NCBI RefSeq assembly: GCF_018350175.1
Contig: NC_058368.1
Span: forward strand, 51,647,815-51,711,814
Direction: 5' to 3'
Length of the DNA: 64,000 nucleotides
Origin: Felis catus
Taxonomy: Eukaryota
A program made the translations under genes and the position numbers. The notes below the pieces were generated by a model. It was given only the letters and a program-made list of their open reading frames with translations. It was not told the origin of the DNA and searched no databases. Positions 36,981 through 48,128 of the stretch are shown in pieces (positions within the stretch are counted from its first letter, which is position 1; the number at the start of each line of letters is the position of its first letter).

Positions 36981-39030
36981 TTTTTAAGTTCTTATAGCTA
37001 TTAAAGCTAAATATTGAAATAAAATGATTTTAGAACCAGATGTTTGAATTATATGCTAATTGAAAAGAATTAATTACAAACTAATATTTTTATTCAGAAA
37101 AAAATTACTTATCAACTAAAATAATTAAAATATTATTTATGTTATTTCTTTTTTATTTCTATTATGTATATTATGCTTTATAAGGAATATGTGTCAGTCA
37201 AGTTTCTGCTAAGGAAATAGAAAGACCTAGAGGATGAAGGTTAAACAAAGCTGCTGATGGCTTTCAAGAAATCAGGATTTGCAGGAGTTGTAGGAAATGG
37301 CTGACTATGACTCAGCTACCTGTTCACCACTGAAATGAAATAATTCACAGGAAGACTACCAGAAGCTTCTGGAAACATCTTACTTACTGTTTGCCAAAGA
37401 ACATGACATGGGTACCAGTGGCAAGGAACAATATTATGGTTTCTGCATCTCTCCCACTGTCCAAAGCTTGTGTGAGTCTTCTCATAGGCAGAATGTAACA
37501 CAAAACCCATTGGCAGGGATTCTGAGAAATGTAGGTCCTACTCTTCTAGCCTTTGTGAATAAGATATCTTTCAAGGTGGATAGAGCTGGGTTACCTGTGC
37601 ATGATCTGCACAACACAAAATATACAAAAATGCAAATAAGAAGTCAATGTACTAGATAATGGTAGGCGATCAAAATGCTTTTATGCTAGTAAGGATATGT
37701 AATCCATTGTTTTTTAGATAGTACTTCCCTAGTGCCCAGCGACTCTAGGGACTCTCTCACTTATCCCGTTACTGTCTCTCTAATTCACAACCCTCCTCTG
37801 TGTCATCTTGCTTTTTGATTACTTTCTCCTTCACCATGCAACAGACTTTTAAGACACATCAATTTCCTTCTCTGTCTTGTGCAGAACCTATGGTGTGTCG
37901 TCATTCTTTGGCTCTGAGTAGTTTCCTCCCGAAGACCCACCTGGGTAATACAGGCCTTAGAAGGTACAGTTGAGTGGGCAATTCTCAAATGCTCGAATAG
38001 GGGCCGGGGAGAGAAGTCTATAAACTGCCATTCATGAATCAATTTTGCTCCAGCACACAAAAACAGAAATGATCACAGACAGTACAGGTCTCTGTCCCTG
38101 AGGTAACTCTGGTCTAGTCCCAAAGGGTCTTGATAACATCCCACAGACATTTTGTATGACTTCTTTCTCCCAGCAACCCCTTGTTTTTCTGTTTTTGTCT
38201 TTCTGGCCTCTAGGAACTGGCCGATTATTTCATCTACCCCTACCGTGGATAAGTCAGAGAGTCTTCCTTAGTGCAAAAAACAAAATAACAACAACAAATC
38301 GCCTTCATTGCCCCACCCACTCAATGCTGGCACTCATGAGGGTCATGCCTAGTTCACAAGTGATTCATTCACAGGGCTACCACAATTGACTCCCACTGAG
38401 AATCAACATGAGACTCAGCTCTCACCCAGTCTGACAGCTCAGCTCACCTCTGCAGTCTCAGGGATTCTCTCACTCACTGTAAGACTCCTCCCCTCCAGTA
38501 GAGAGGTAGTTTTACCCCTTGTAGGCCAGCAGAGTAACAACACTTTTATCACCCAATATTGCATTCTGTCCAAAGTAAGCAGAATCATACATCAAAAATA
38601 GAAAGATAGTGATGTCAGATTGGGTCTAGCAGGAATCCTTGAGATAAAAATGTGGGGGCTGGAACCAAATTCCTCTCAAGCCTTTGACTTTTCCCATGAC
38701 TGATATGGCCTGTGGAAACAAGGTTATGGTTAGAAGTCATTAATACCTCTCTGCACACACAGTGGCTGTTAGGATTGAAAAAGAACCCCATGGAAAAAGA
38801 ACCCCATGCCTGTTCTCCGTCTGAGGCCTATTGTTTCCTGAGATATAAGGAGTACCAGAGTCCTCCTTCCTGGATTGTCAGGAGCTGTTTCACCAGTGCT
38901 CATGGAGGGAAGGAGGGCAGAAAAGAGAGAAGTAGAAATGGTATTTATGCAAAATGTCCTGTATGAGTTCCACTCTTTTCTTGCTTCATTACAAGTAATA
39001 TTAGCCAAGCTGTTTTGTTTTGTAATGATC

Positions 39031-39238
39031 TTTTTAATGTTTTTTTAATTTCTTTTATTTTTGAGAGAGAGAGAGAGAGAGAGAGAGAGCACGAGCAGAG
39101 GAGGGGCTGAGAGAGAAGGAGCAGAGGATCTGAAGCAGGCTCTGTGCTCACAGCAGATAGTCCAACATGGGCTCGAACTCACGAACTGAGAGGTCATGGC
39201 CTGAGCGTAAGTGCTCAGTTGAGCCACCCAAGCGCCCC
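39031..39238 (-). mobile_element. CanSINE
   Basis: T-rich tail, (GA)n, ATCTGAAGCAGGCTCTGTGC...GAGCCACCCAAGCGCCCC. Confidence 0.92.
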
Positions 39239-39924
39239 TGATTTTGTTTTAATATGTTAAGGATACCAGTAACAGAATAAGGCTGCAGGCATTTTAAGAT
39301 AAATGTGGATTTTTAGATAAAAACACTGTAGTATTGACTTCCTCTAAAGAAGCTGTAGATAATCTTATGCCCCTGGCCAAGGAACTTGCTCTTAATGCCA
39401 CACATGAGGAAGTCACAGCTGCCAAATTCCTCTGCACAATCCCTAAAGAATGTCTTTGCTTTTAAGAGTGTATTTGTTCAGACCTTGTCAGATGGGGCTG
39501 TGAAGGGTGGGTCAGCCCACAGGCTGGGCTACATACCTTCCCTGGGACACCCAAGAAGCTACCCAGCCACTCACAGGGCACTGGGAACTTCAGGTGCCAC
39601 ATTAGAATTTTTGTGTGTGGTTAGGCATTTGCCCAGAGGTATCTGAAGTGCTTCATGAGGGCTTCTTGACGGTAATTTTTTGTTGTTATTTTTTAATAAC
39701 TTTATTTACCTTCAGTTATGTCTCACTGATAGAACTTTTACCATTTCTTGATTTGCCACTGCTATCAAGGCAAATCACAGTTATGTGAGTTATGTTGGCT
39801 TTCTTTCCTTCTAATCTTTGCAGGCAATTCAGGAAGCCCCTGAAGGAGCCCCACACTGTTTCACTGCTGTGGACTCTGCTGAGTGAATGAAAGAGAGAGG
39901 AAGGTGTTTAATGCTGCTGTTTTT

Positions 39925-40128
39925 TTTAATGTTTATTTATTTTTGAGAGACAGAGACAGAGCACGAGGTGGGGAGGGGCAGAAAGAGAGGGAGACACAGA
40001 ATCTGAAGCAGGCTCCAGGCTCTGAGCTGCTGGCACAGAGCCCGATGTGGGGCTCAAACTGACGAACTCTGAGATTATGACCTGAGCCGAAGTAGGACAC
40101 CCAACGGACCGAGCCACCCAGGTGCCCC
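39925..40128 (-). mobile_element. CanSINE (felid type)
   Basis: Full SINEC body. TSD TAATGCT(G/C)CT(G/A)TTTT on both sides. Confidence 0.94.
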
Positions 40129-40680
40129 TAATGCTCCTATTTTATGATGTGACCCATTGCTTTGCTATCCCAGTCTCGTCTTACTAGGCGCTGCCTTACC
40201 CAATGCGACTCCAGGTTTTTTTCCTTACTGTTGGAGAAATAAGGATCTGGGTGAAAGAGTAAAGGACCATAGACCTTATCAAATGGCTTCATTAGAAGCC
40301 CGCTAGGAATTATTCTTGCTGCAAGACAGAAGTTTGCTCCCATTTAATTTTTTCATTTAATTTTAACAGAGGCAAAATAGGGCTTGGTTGGGAAAGGAGA
40401 GGCAGAGAGGAAATATATGCTTACAGGTTTCAGTAATATGGGGACAGTGCAGTTTATATATGCTTTTTTTCTAGAGTCTGAGATTAAAGTAAAAGTGTGC
40501 AGACAACCTGACTTCTTAAGTAAAGGACAAGAAACAGTGGCTTACACTTATGCATAGGATACATGAATAATAGTATCTGATTCTGTAACATGAACACATC
40601 AACTTAGAAAACTTCTTTTTTTCCAGCTCATAGCTTACCATTTAGCCTGTGATGACTTTTTGTTTTAATAGTGGAAGGTT

Positions 40681-40893
40681 GGGGCGCCTGGGTGGCGCAG
40701 TCGGTTAAGCGTCCGACTTCAGCCAGGTCACGATCTCGCAGTCCGGGAGTTCGAGCCCCGCGTCAGGCTCTGGGCTGATGGCTCAGAGCCTGGAGCCTGT
40801 TTCCGATTCTGTGTCTCCCTCTCTCTCTGCCCCTCCCCCGTTCATGCTCTGTCTCTCTCTGTCCCAAAAATAAATAAAAAAACGTTGAAAAAA
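40681..40893 (+). mobile_element. Young felid SINE (SINEC_Fc type)
   Basis: GGGGCGCCTGGGTGGCGCAGTCGGTTAAGCGTCCGAC head. Perfect 14-bp TSD AATAGTGGAAGGTT at 40667-40680 and 40894-40907. Confidence 0.97.
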
Positions 40894-41580
40894 AATAGTG
40901 GAAGGTTGAGGTATGACACAACAAACCTTCATAAGGAAATACATTTATCCAGAAAAGAAGTGGGAACTGAATGTGTCCTCCTCGCTGCCTACATTTTCTA
41001 CACCTACTTGTTTTACAGGACTTATGGAGAAACAAAGCAGGTGAAGTGGGCAGATGCTAATGCAGTGCAGAGTGAAGGGTGCTGGGAAGGCCCAACTTTT
41101 TAAGAGTCACACACTTCAGCTGTGAAACGGGAGTGAATTCCAGTCCAGTTTTTTGTGGGGGCCTTCCCTGGACTCCCAGAGGCTGTGGACTCTGGAGCTG
41201 CTCCAGAAGTCTAACAGAGGGAGGGAGCCTGAGGTTGACTTTCCTCATGTGGGCCTCCTCGGGTTGGTGTTGTGCAAGCAAAGATCAAACACTTAACATT
41301 TCCCAGCCTTTCTAGACGGGGTTGGCCATGGGTGTGTGAAGTCAGGGTCCACTCCCTGTTTCTGTGTTGCAGAACTATAGTTAGACTGGATAGGCAAGTC
41401 AGGTTATAGGAGTGCTTCTGAGGGGAGAAAATCCTAACCATGGCAGCTTAGATCACATGTGACGGTGGGAAATCTAGCGTCGGCTTCCAAGCACAGGAAA
41501 CATGCGCACTGGCATGAAAAGACTTCTCCCCGGAAGACAGGGAATAGTGTGCAGTGGAAAGTGGAAGGTAGGGACTGTTG

Positions 41581-41598
41581 CAGCAGCAGCAGCAGCAG
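41581..41598. repeat. (CAG)6 trinucleotide repeat
   Basis: Directly visible. Confidence 0.9.
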
Positions 41599-41609
41599 GA
41601 AGAATGGAA

Positions 41610-41830
41610 GCAAGTAGTAGGAGGTTAAAAGTCCTGGCTCTTCTCTGTACCACCTGCCTGCTGTGAAACCCTAGGCATATTGCTTAACTTCTCTGAATCT
41701 CAGTTTCTTCATCTATGAAATGAAGATTATAATAGTACTTTAGAAAGACGTTGCGAGGATGACGTCAGATAAGGTTTAAGTGCTTTGAAGCTTATCTGAG
41801 AGAGTAGGTGGTCAAGGAATGTTCCATAAT
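41610..41830 (+). mobile_element. MIR SINE relic
   Basis: TGCTTAACTTCTCTGAATCTCAGTTTCTTCATCTATGAAATGAAGATTATAATAGTAC matches the MIR core. Confidence 0.75.
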
Positions 41831-42094
41831 TTTGAACAGACTTTGGTCTTGCTTCTCTACACAAATGAAGTTGTTGGCAGTTTGGCAAAGTCACCTGACC
41901 ATTCAGAACCTCAGTATTCTTTTCTAGAAAATGAGGTTTACAGTAGATGTTTATGATCTTTTTTTTTTCTCATTTAGTGTTCCCCCTCCACAGAGAGGAG
42001 GAAAAGGAAGAGGCATGGTTTTTTCAGTAGGATTCAGTTAGCATCGGCCAGAGGTTGGCTCAGTACTGCCAGCTCCTGTTCCTGCAGAACATTC

Positions 42095-42235
42095 TGTCCA
42101 TGCTCATTCCTTGACCATATTGTCTATGGCTGCTTCCTGCTGCAACAGAAGAGTTGAGTTTTGGGATATGGCCCACAAATCCTAAAATAAAGTATTTATC
42201 ATCCTACCCTTTAAGAAAAAGATTGCTGACCTCTG
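42095..42235. mobile_element. MER58-like hAT MITE fragment
   Basis: CATATTGTCTATGGCTGCTT...GAGTTGAGT...TATGGCCCACAAA.CCTAAAATA...CCCTTTAAGAAAAAG.TTGCTGACCTCTG. Confidence 0.75.
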
Positions 42236-42307
42236 GCCATAGAACAAGGAACAAAAAGAAGGATTGATTCTGAGTTGCATCAATTATGTTAATAGTGAAA
42301 GGTGTTA

Positions 42308-42530
42308 GGGGCACCTGGGTGGCTCAGCTGGTTAAGCATCCAACTCTTGATTTCAGCTCCGGTCATGATCTCACCCTTCATGAAATAGAGCCCTGCGTGC
42401 TGTGCACTGATAGTGCAGAGCCTGCTTGTGATTCTGTCTCCCCTTCTCTCTCTGCCTCCCCCCACCCCCACTTGTGCGTGTGCGCGTTCTCTCTCTCTAA
42501 ATAAGTAAATAAATAAACTCTTAAAAAAAA
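42308..42530 (+). mobile_element. CanSINE (older)
   Basis: GGGGCACCTGGGTGGCTCAG head, (CT)n, A-rich tail. Confidence 0.93.
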
Positions 42531-43126
42531 TAATGAACACTGCTATAACATTTGTATTATGCTTGATGCTTTCACAACAACCTTTGTCTCTATCTGTACC
42601 AGAGCCAAGGGGTGTCATATTTTGTTTGCTAACGAAAAATTTATGAAAAATGATCTTGATGGTTTCTTGGAAATTTTTTCTGATTGGGAAGAAATATTCT
42701 ATAAGATCCACTTTTGTAACTGTCATATTTTAAACATTGACTTTGGAACCGTGGGTCAGTATTGTGCCTTTTATGTATAAATATGAATTTAGTCAAGTCT
42801 TTGGGTTACATGTTAGCTTGCCTTGGGAATTTGATTAGTTTGTTAGTTTTAAATGTCTTCACCTTCTTTACTCTTCTTTTTTAGGTGTTAGTAGTAGAAC
42901 TGGCAAAAGTCAAGATTTGTTTTCATGAAAGACATTTGAATGTATAAACATAGACAAGTTTTTTCTGCCTAAAAGAACTGAATATTACATAGGGAAAATG
43001 GAAAATAAACAGCAAACCAACAGTAGAAAAAAAAGAAAAATTAAAAACATCCAAAATTTAAAAAGGGCCTGAGATGCATGAAATAAAAAGCAAATTACCT
43101 TGTAGTATTCTCAATGGCCTCAAGGC

Positions 43127-43146
43127 TTCTCTCTCTCTCTCTGTCT

Positions 43147-43187
<41 letters not shown>
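43127..43187. repeat. Compound (CT)n(CA)n microsatellite
   Basis: Directly visible. Confidence 0.93.
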
Positions 43188-43189
<2 letters not shown>

Positions 43190-43883
43190 CTCCCAAATTA
43201 CTGAAGCCAACTATTTTTTAATAATTTTAAATGACTAGGTGGGGAGAGGAATTGTTGCAAAATTAAAGCAAATAATAAGGCATATCAATTCCAAAATATT
43301 TGCAGATCCCTCTTTTCTAGGGACATCATTAAAGTTATTCCAAATTTTGTCTCAGTAAACAAGTATCCATTGGTTTACAATGATGTTTGGAAATTAAAAG
43401 TTTTCTAGAATTCTCTGCTCTCTTCTGGAGAATTTATCTTTTGATTGTATAAAGTAAAGAACATGGAAGACAATCCAAAGATGAGTTGTGACAAGAAACA
43501 CAAGAGGAGGAGGACGTGGGTGGAAGGAGTAAAGTCCTGGGTCAAAGTGGGTGGGAGAGGCTGAAAGTCGGGAAGTGGGGGCTTTTCAGATAAAGTGTGT
43601 GGAGAGCGAGCAAGGACACAATTTGGGAAAACCAAGTGGCTTGAGAGATTGAGTCAGAAAGTGTAGGAGGTGAAGGAAAATAGCAACAGAAAAGTAAGCA
43701 TCAATGAGGGGAATTTTTTGAACCCAGTTCTTTGGTCTTATCTTTTGAAGGCTGAGATATTGGGAAGGAAGACACAGAAGGAAGGGTCTGAGGATTTCAT
43801 TGTTTTGTCAGGCGGCTTCTATTCCACTTTCCTATGTGTCACATGGTAATGCAATATATTCAGTTAAGAAATAGTCACTGAGA

Positions 43884-44001
43884 GGGATGTCTGGGTGGCT
43901 TAGTCAGTTAAGTGCTGGACCTTGGCTCAGGTCATGATCTGAGTGAACTCGAGCCCTGAATTAGGCTCTGTGCTAACAGCTCAGAGCCTGGAGCCTGCTT
44001 T

Positions 44002-44046
<45 letters not shown>

Positions 44047-44113
44047 CCCTCCCCCACTCATGCTCTCTCTCTCTTTCTCAAAAATAAATAAGCATTTAAA
44101 AATATTAAAAAAA
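43884..44113 (+). mobile_element. CanSINE with internal (TG)20
   Basis: SINEC body. Perfect 18-bp TSD AAGAAATAGTCACTGAGA at 43866-43883 and 44114-44131. (TG)20 at 44006-44045. Confidence 0.95.
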
Positions 44114-44655
44114 AAGAAATAGTCACTGAGAATTGGTTAAGTCAGGCCTGGTGTAGACATTATGAATTTAAGGGCAAGTAAGCTTGGGTTCATGCCCGCG
44201 AGATGCTTACATTCTAATAGGGAAGACAAACACAGGTAGACCAATTGATGTGTGTGTGTTCATGTGTGTGATGTATAAATCTAATATATATATGCTGTAT
44301 ATGTATGAATCTAATACATGAGATATGTGTATCAATATAATGAATGCATCATGTATGTATGTAAATGTGAACATACAGAGGTATACACGTGTGTTTGCAT
44401 AAGTAATATACTCAGTGTAAGTATGCTTTCCCCCAAATTCAGCTGGGAATTGATTTCACATGATCACTGCAACTTGTCACTCGAGCATCCAGTGACCATC
44501 TGAAAACATGTCTGTTAAGTTAATATTGTTTGTATTACTCATCAGTAGGACAGGGAGAATGACAATTTAAAATTTTGCATGTATTTCTAGCATTTGTTTA
44601 CAAGATTTTTAAATATAGAACTTTAGATGCAATTCTAAAGATGTCAACTATTTTT

Positions 44656-44835
44656 TTTAATATATGAAATTTATTGTCAAATTGTTTCCATACAACACCC
44701 AGTGCTCATCCCAACAGGTGCCCTCCTCAATACCCATCACCCACCCTCCCCTCCCTCCCACCCCCATCAGCCCTCAGTTTGTTCTCAGTTTTTAAGAGTC
44801 TCTTATGCTTTGGCTCTCTCCCACTCTAACCTCTT
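44656..44835 (-). mobile_element. Severely 5'-truncated young felid L1 (3' UTR end only)
   Basis: Same 3' UTR type as 34656-34853. Perfect 16-bp TSD GATGTCAACTATTTTT at 44640-44655 and 44836-44851. Confidence 0.94.
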
Positions 44836-45002
44836 GATGTCAACTATTTTTAAGAGTATAGATTTTAAATTTATTTACTAAATCAAATAATTGTTTGCAT
44901 TTTGTACATTTCCTCTACTAAATGAAATGTTTAGTTTTTTAAATTATAAAAATAGATGAAATTAGAAAGAATGCTGTGAAATTGTAAAAAGCAATAGGTG
45001 CT

Positions 45003-45462
45003 CTTGGCTGAATAATGTTTCCCCAAAGATGTCAACATCCTAATCCCCAGAACCTGAGAATATGTTGCCTTGCATGGCAAAAGAGACTTGGCAGATATGA
45101 TCAAATTAAAGATTTTGAGATGAGGAGATTATCCTGGATTATCTGGGTGGACCCAATGTAATCACAGGTGTCCTTCTGAGACTAAGGATCAGAGTCAGAA
45201 GTAGGAGATGTAATGACAGAGCAAGAGGTTGGGATGAAGCAAGGAAGGAGTGAAACAGGCAGCATCTAGAATCTGAAAAAGGCAGAAATGTATTTTTTTC
45301 TCTGAACCTCTAAAAAGAGCCCACCCTGCCACCACATTGACTTTAGCCCAATGAACCCTGACTTAGACTTCTGATCTCCAGAACTGTTAGATAATAAATT
45401 ATATTGCTCTAAGCCACTAACGTGGTGATAATTGGATACAGCAGCAATAGGAAGCTATATAA
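45003..45462 (+). mobile_element. MaLR solo LTR (MLT1D-like)
   Basis: GGCTGAATAATG..CCCCAAAGATGTC..CATCCTAATCCCCAGAACCTG...GAGATTATCCTGGATTATCTGGGTGG...CTCCAGAACTG...TAAGCCACTAA...CAGCAGCAATAGGAA. Confidence 0.88.
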
Positions 45463-45878
45463 TAGTGAATTATTAGAGGAGAGGGAAAACAGATTTGAAG
45501 AAAGGAATGAAACTCTACCATGGTGGATGGATGTGGGAACACTGAGGAAGAGAAGAAAGATTGGGACTGAGAAGACAGAAGCATCCAGCCAATCAAAAAG
45601 AAGAGAATGTGCATAGTAACAAGCCATCATCAAAGAGAAGGAATTGTGGAATGCTCTGGTGAACACCAGAACACACACAGGCACTTCTCAGTCTAGTGTT
45701 TGTGACTAATCCTTTCTTGCTCAAAAGACCCAAGTTTCCTGCATGAGAAGCCTTTTATAAATCCATCAATAATATATCCATAAGTTCCAGGACTGACTCT
45801 TGAGAGGATCATCATACACCTTCCAAAAGCTATGTTTAGTCATAGACAACTAATTATACTTGCTCATTAAAGACTCTA

Positions 45879-46103
45879 GGGGCGCCTGGGTGGCACAGTC
45901 GGTTAAGCGTCCGACTTCAGCCAGGTCACGATCTCGCGGTCTGTGAGTTCGAGCCCCGCGTCGGGCTCTGGGCTGATGGCTCAGAGCCTGGAGCCTGTTT
46001 CCGATTCTGTGTCTCCCTCTCTCTCTGCCCCTCCCCCGTTCATGCTCTGTCTCTCTCTGTCCCAAAAATAAATAAACGTTGAAAAAAAAATTAAAAAAAA
46101 AAA
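45879..46103 (+). mobile_element. Young felid SINE (SINEC_Fc type)
   Basis: Near-identical to 40681-40893, with a long A tail and AAAGACT repeated on both sides. Confidence 0.96.
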
Positions 46104-46192
46104 AAAGACTTTGGCCTTTGGGCACAGTGAATGTGTCTAGAAGAGTAGAATTAATCACACTTACAATCCTTGTTCTTCTCAGATACAGTTTA

Positions 46193-46396
46193 TTGATTTA
46201 TTTATATTTATTTATTTTAAAGAGAGACAGCATGTGTGAGAGGGGGAGAGGGGCAGAGGGAGAGAGATTGAATCTGAAGCAGGCTCCACGCTCAGTGCAG
46301 AGCCCAACACGGGGCTCGATTCCACGACCTTGGGATAATAACATAAGCCAAAATCAAAAGTCTGACGCTTAACCGACTGAGCCCCCCAGGCACCCC
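46193..46396 (-). mobile_element. CanSINE (older)
   Basis: SINEC body. TSD TCAGATACA(G/T)TTTA. Confidence 0.92.
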
Positions 46397-46429
46397 TCAG
46401 ATACATTTTATATGTAAATAAGCAAAATG

Positions 46430-46670
46430 CATTAATACTTCACTAATAGCTTATTTTTAGTAGCACCCTAAGTTCCAGGCCCCATTCTAAGTGCTTGTGA
46501 TTGTGAACACAATTGATCATCACTATGACCCTATGTGGGAAGTATTATTTTATTATCCCTGTTTCACAGATGAGAAAACTGAGACAAGGGTAGCACAAGG
46601 TTGCACAACTCATCACTGGCAGAGGCCATCAGGCACCTGAGTGTTAAGTACTAGCCACACAGCCTCCACT
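46430..46670 (-). mobile_element. MIR SINE relic
   Basis: ATTATCCCTGTTTCACAGATGAGAAAACTGAGAC matches the antisense MIR core. Confidence 0.75.
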
Positions 46671-47027
46671 ATGCTGGGTACAACTAGGTTACCAAATAAC
46701 ATAGTTAAGTACTACAATATAGCTACATGCAGAGTTCCCTTGGAACAGAGAGAAAGGGGTACCTGCTTGTGTTCAGGGAGTTATGTGTCTGCAGGGCCTT
46801 ATAAAAGTAAATAAGACATTGCCAGGTGCACAAGAGGCAAGCATATTTCAGGCCACAGATATGCCGTGAGAACAAATATTAAAGGCCAAAAGTACATAGT
46901 ACGTTTGGACAGAGGTGAGGATTTTGATGAGAACTTAGGGTGCAGGGGGGTAAATGGTGGGAGATGAGCCTGGAATAGTCGAAAGTGGCTTCAATAAAGC
47001 ATCCAGACCAACTTCTTGTTCATCTTA

Positions 47028-47158
47028 TCTGCCCTGTCCAATGTGGTATATGAAATGTGGCTAGTGCAACTAAGGAGGTGAATTTTTGAATTTATTTAAT
47101 TTTGATTAAATTAAAGTAACCATACATTGCTAGTGGCTACCGTATTGGACAACACAGT
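47028..47158. mobile_element. MER3-like hAT MITE
   Basis: CTGTCCAAT...TGAAATGTGGCTAGTGCAACT...TTTATTTAATTTT...GCTAGTGGCTACCGTATTGGACA, with inverted termini TGTCCAAT/ATTGGACA. Confidence 0.8.
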
Positions 47159-47912
47159 CCTACATAAATGTAAGGTGTTTGAATTTTATGGGACCTAGGA
47201 ACTTAGGATATGTTTGAAGCTGGGGAATGATATGATTGCATGTGTTTTGGAAAAACATGTTAGGGGGTGATATGTCTTTACTGGGGAGAAAGTAATAATT
47301 TGATGTGTGCCTCTGAGCAGTTACAAGAACTTTGAACCATGCAGTCCTATTGCTTTGGTTACATCTGATTGACATGGATTAGGTGTCTGAGCAAAGCTAT
47401 CCTCTGTGGCTCACCAAAAGCCCAAGAGATGGACTGGTGCAAGGGCTCTACGTGTAGAAACTCAGGTGACTCATCAACTCAAAGCATTTGTCTCTCTGAG
47501 GAGTTACACTCATACATGTAGAGACTCTGATAAACTGGTAACATGGTAGAAAGAAGGAAGAAGAGAATCAGAGGGAGGGGAACTGAGTCATGGTAGAGAG
47601 ATTCATGGATTTGCTATTGGGTACCAAAATGACCTGTGTTGTTTTTGCAAAGTAACCACCAGGAAATATTATATAATTTCTAAGAAGCCTTCTGACAATG
47701 TCTGTCTTCCTTTCAGTCTGCTGAGTCTTTGCACCAAACCTTCTGTGCTGTGAGGGTTAATTTCAACGAATATGGCATTAGGTTGCGTTATTCTACTACA
47801 ATAAGAAATAAGCATGCACAATTTTCGTCTGAAACATATTAATAGCATTACTTTGTAACAGTGTGCCCTAATAGTTTCAGAATGGTTTGTACCACTTAGG
47901 CAGCATTGTGGG

Positions 47913-48128
47913 TTTTTTTTTTTTTAAGTTTATTTACTTATTTTGAGAGAGAGCGAGGGCAAGCAGGGGAGGGGCACAGAGAGAAAGGAAGAGAGAGAGA
48001 ATCCCAAGTAGGCTCCACACTGTCAGCACAGAACCCAGTGTGGGACTTGAATTCATGAACCGTGAGATCATGACCTGAGCTGAAGTCAAGAGTTCGATGC
48101 TTAACTGACTGAACCACCCAGGCACCCC
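47913..48128 (-). mobile_element. CanSINE
   Basis: Poly-T and SINEC body ending CCAGGCACCCC. AGCATTGT repeated in both flanks. Confidence 0.93.

Noticed and set aside
40681..40765. tRNA-like sequence with Pol III A/B boxes
   Set aside because: It is the tRNA-derived head of a CanSINE, continuing into the SINE body and A tail, and is not a tRNA gene.
41581..41598. (CAG)6 as a polyglutamine coding tract
   Set aside because: It is not within a supported exon or ORF and abuts a MIR relic.
1916..44835. All young L1 3' ends lie on the minus strand, hinting at a + strand host gene
   Set aside because: Only four or five elements are involved and older L1 fragments occur on both strands, which is too weak to call transcription direction.
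16539..46158. Recurrent peptide FLGQRETEHERGRGRERGRHRIGNRLQA in four ORFs (16539, 18419, 40763, 45850), suggesting a gene family
   Set aside because: It is the antisense translation of young SINEC_Fc copies.
7519..47775. Shared 13-mer TCAACGAATATGG at ~7519 and ~47763
   Set aside because: There is no flanking similarity, and a single 13-mer match in 64 kb is expected by chance.
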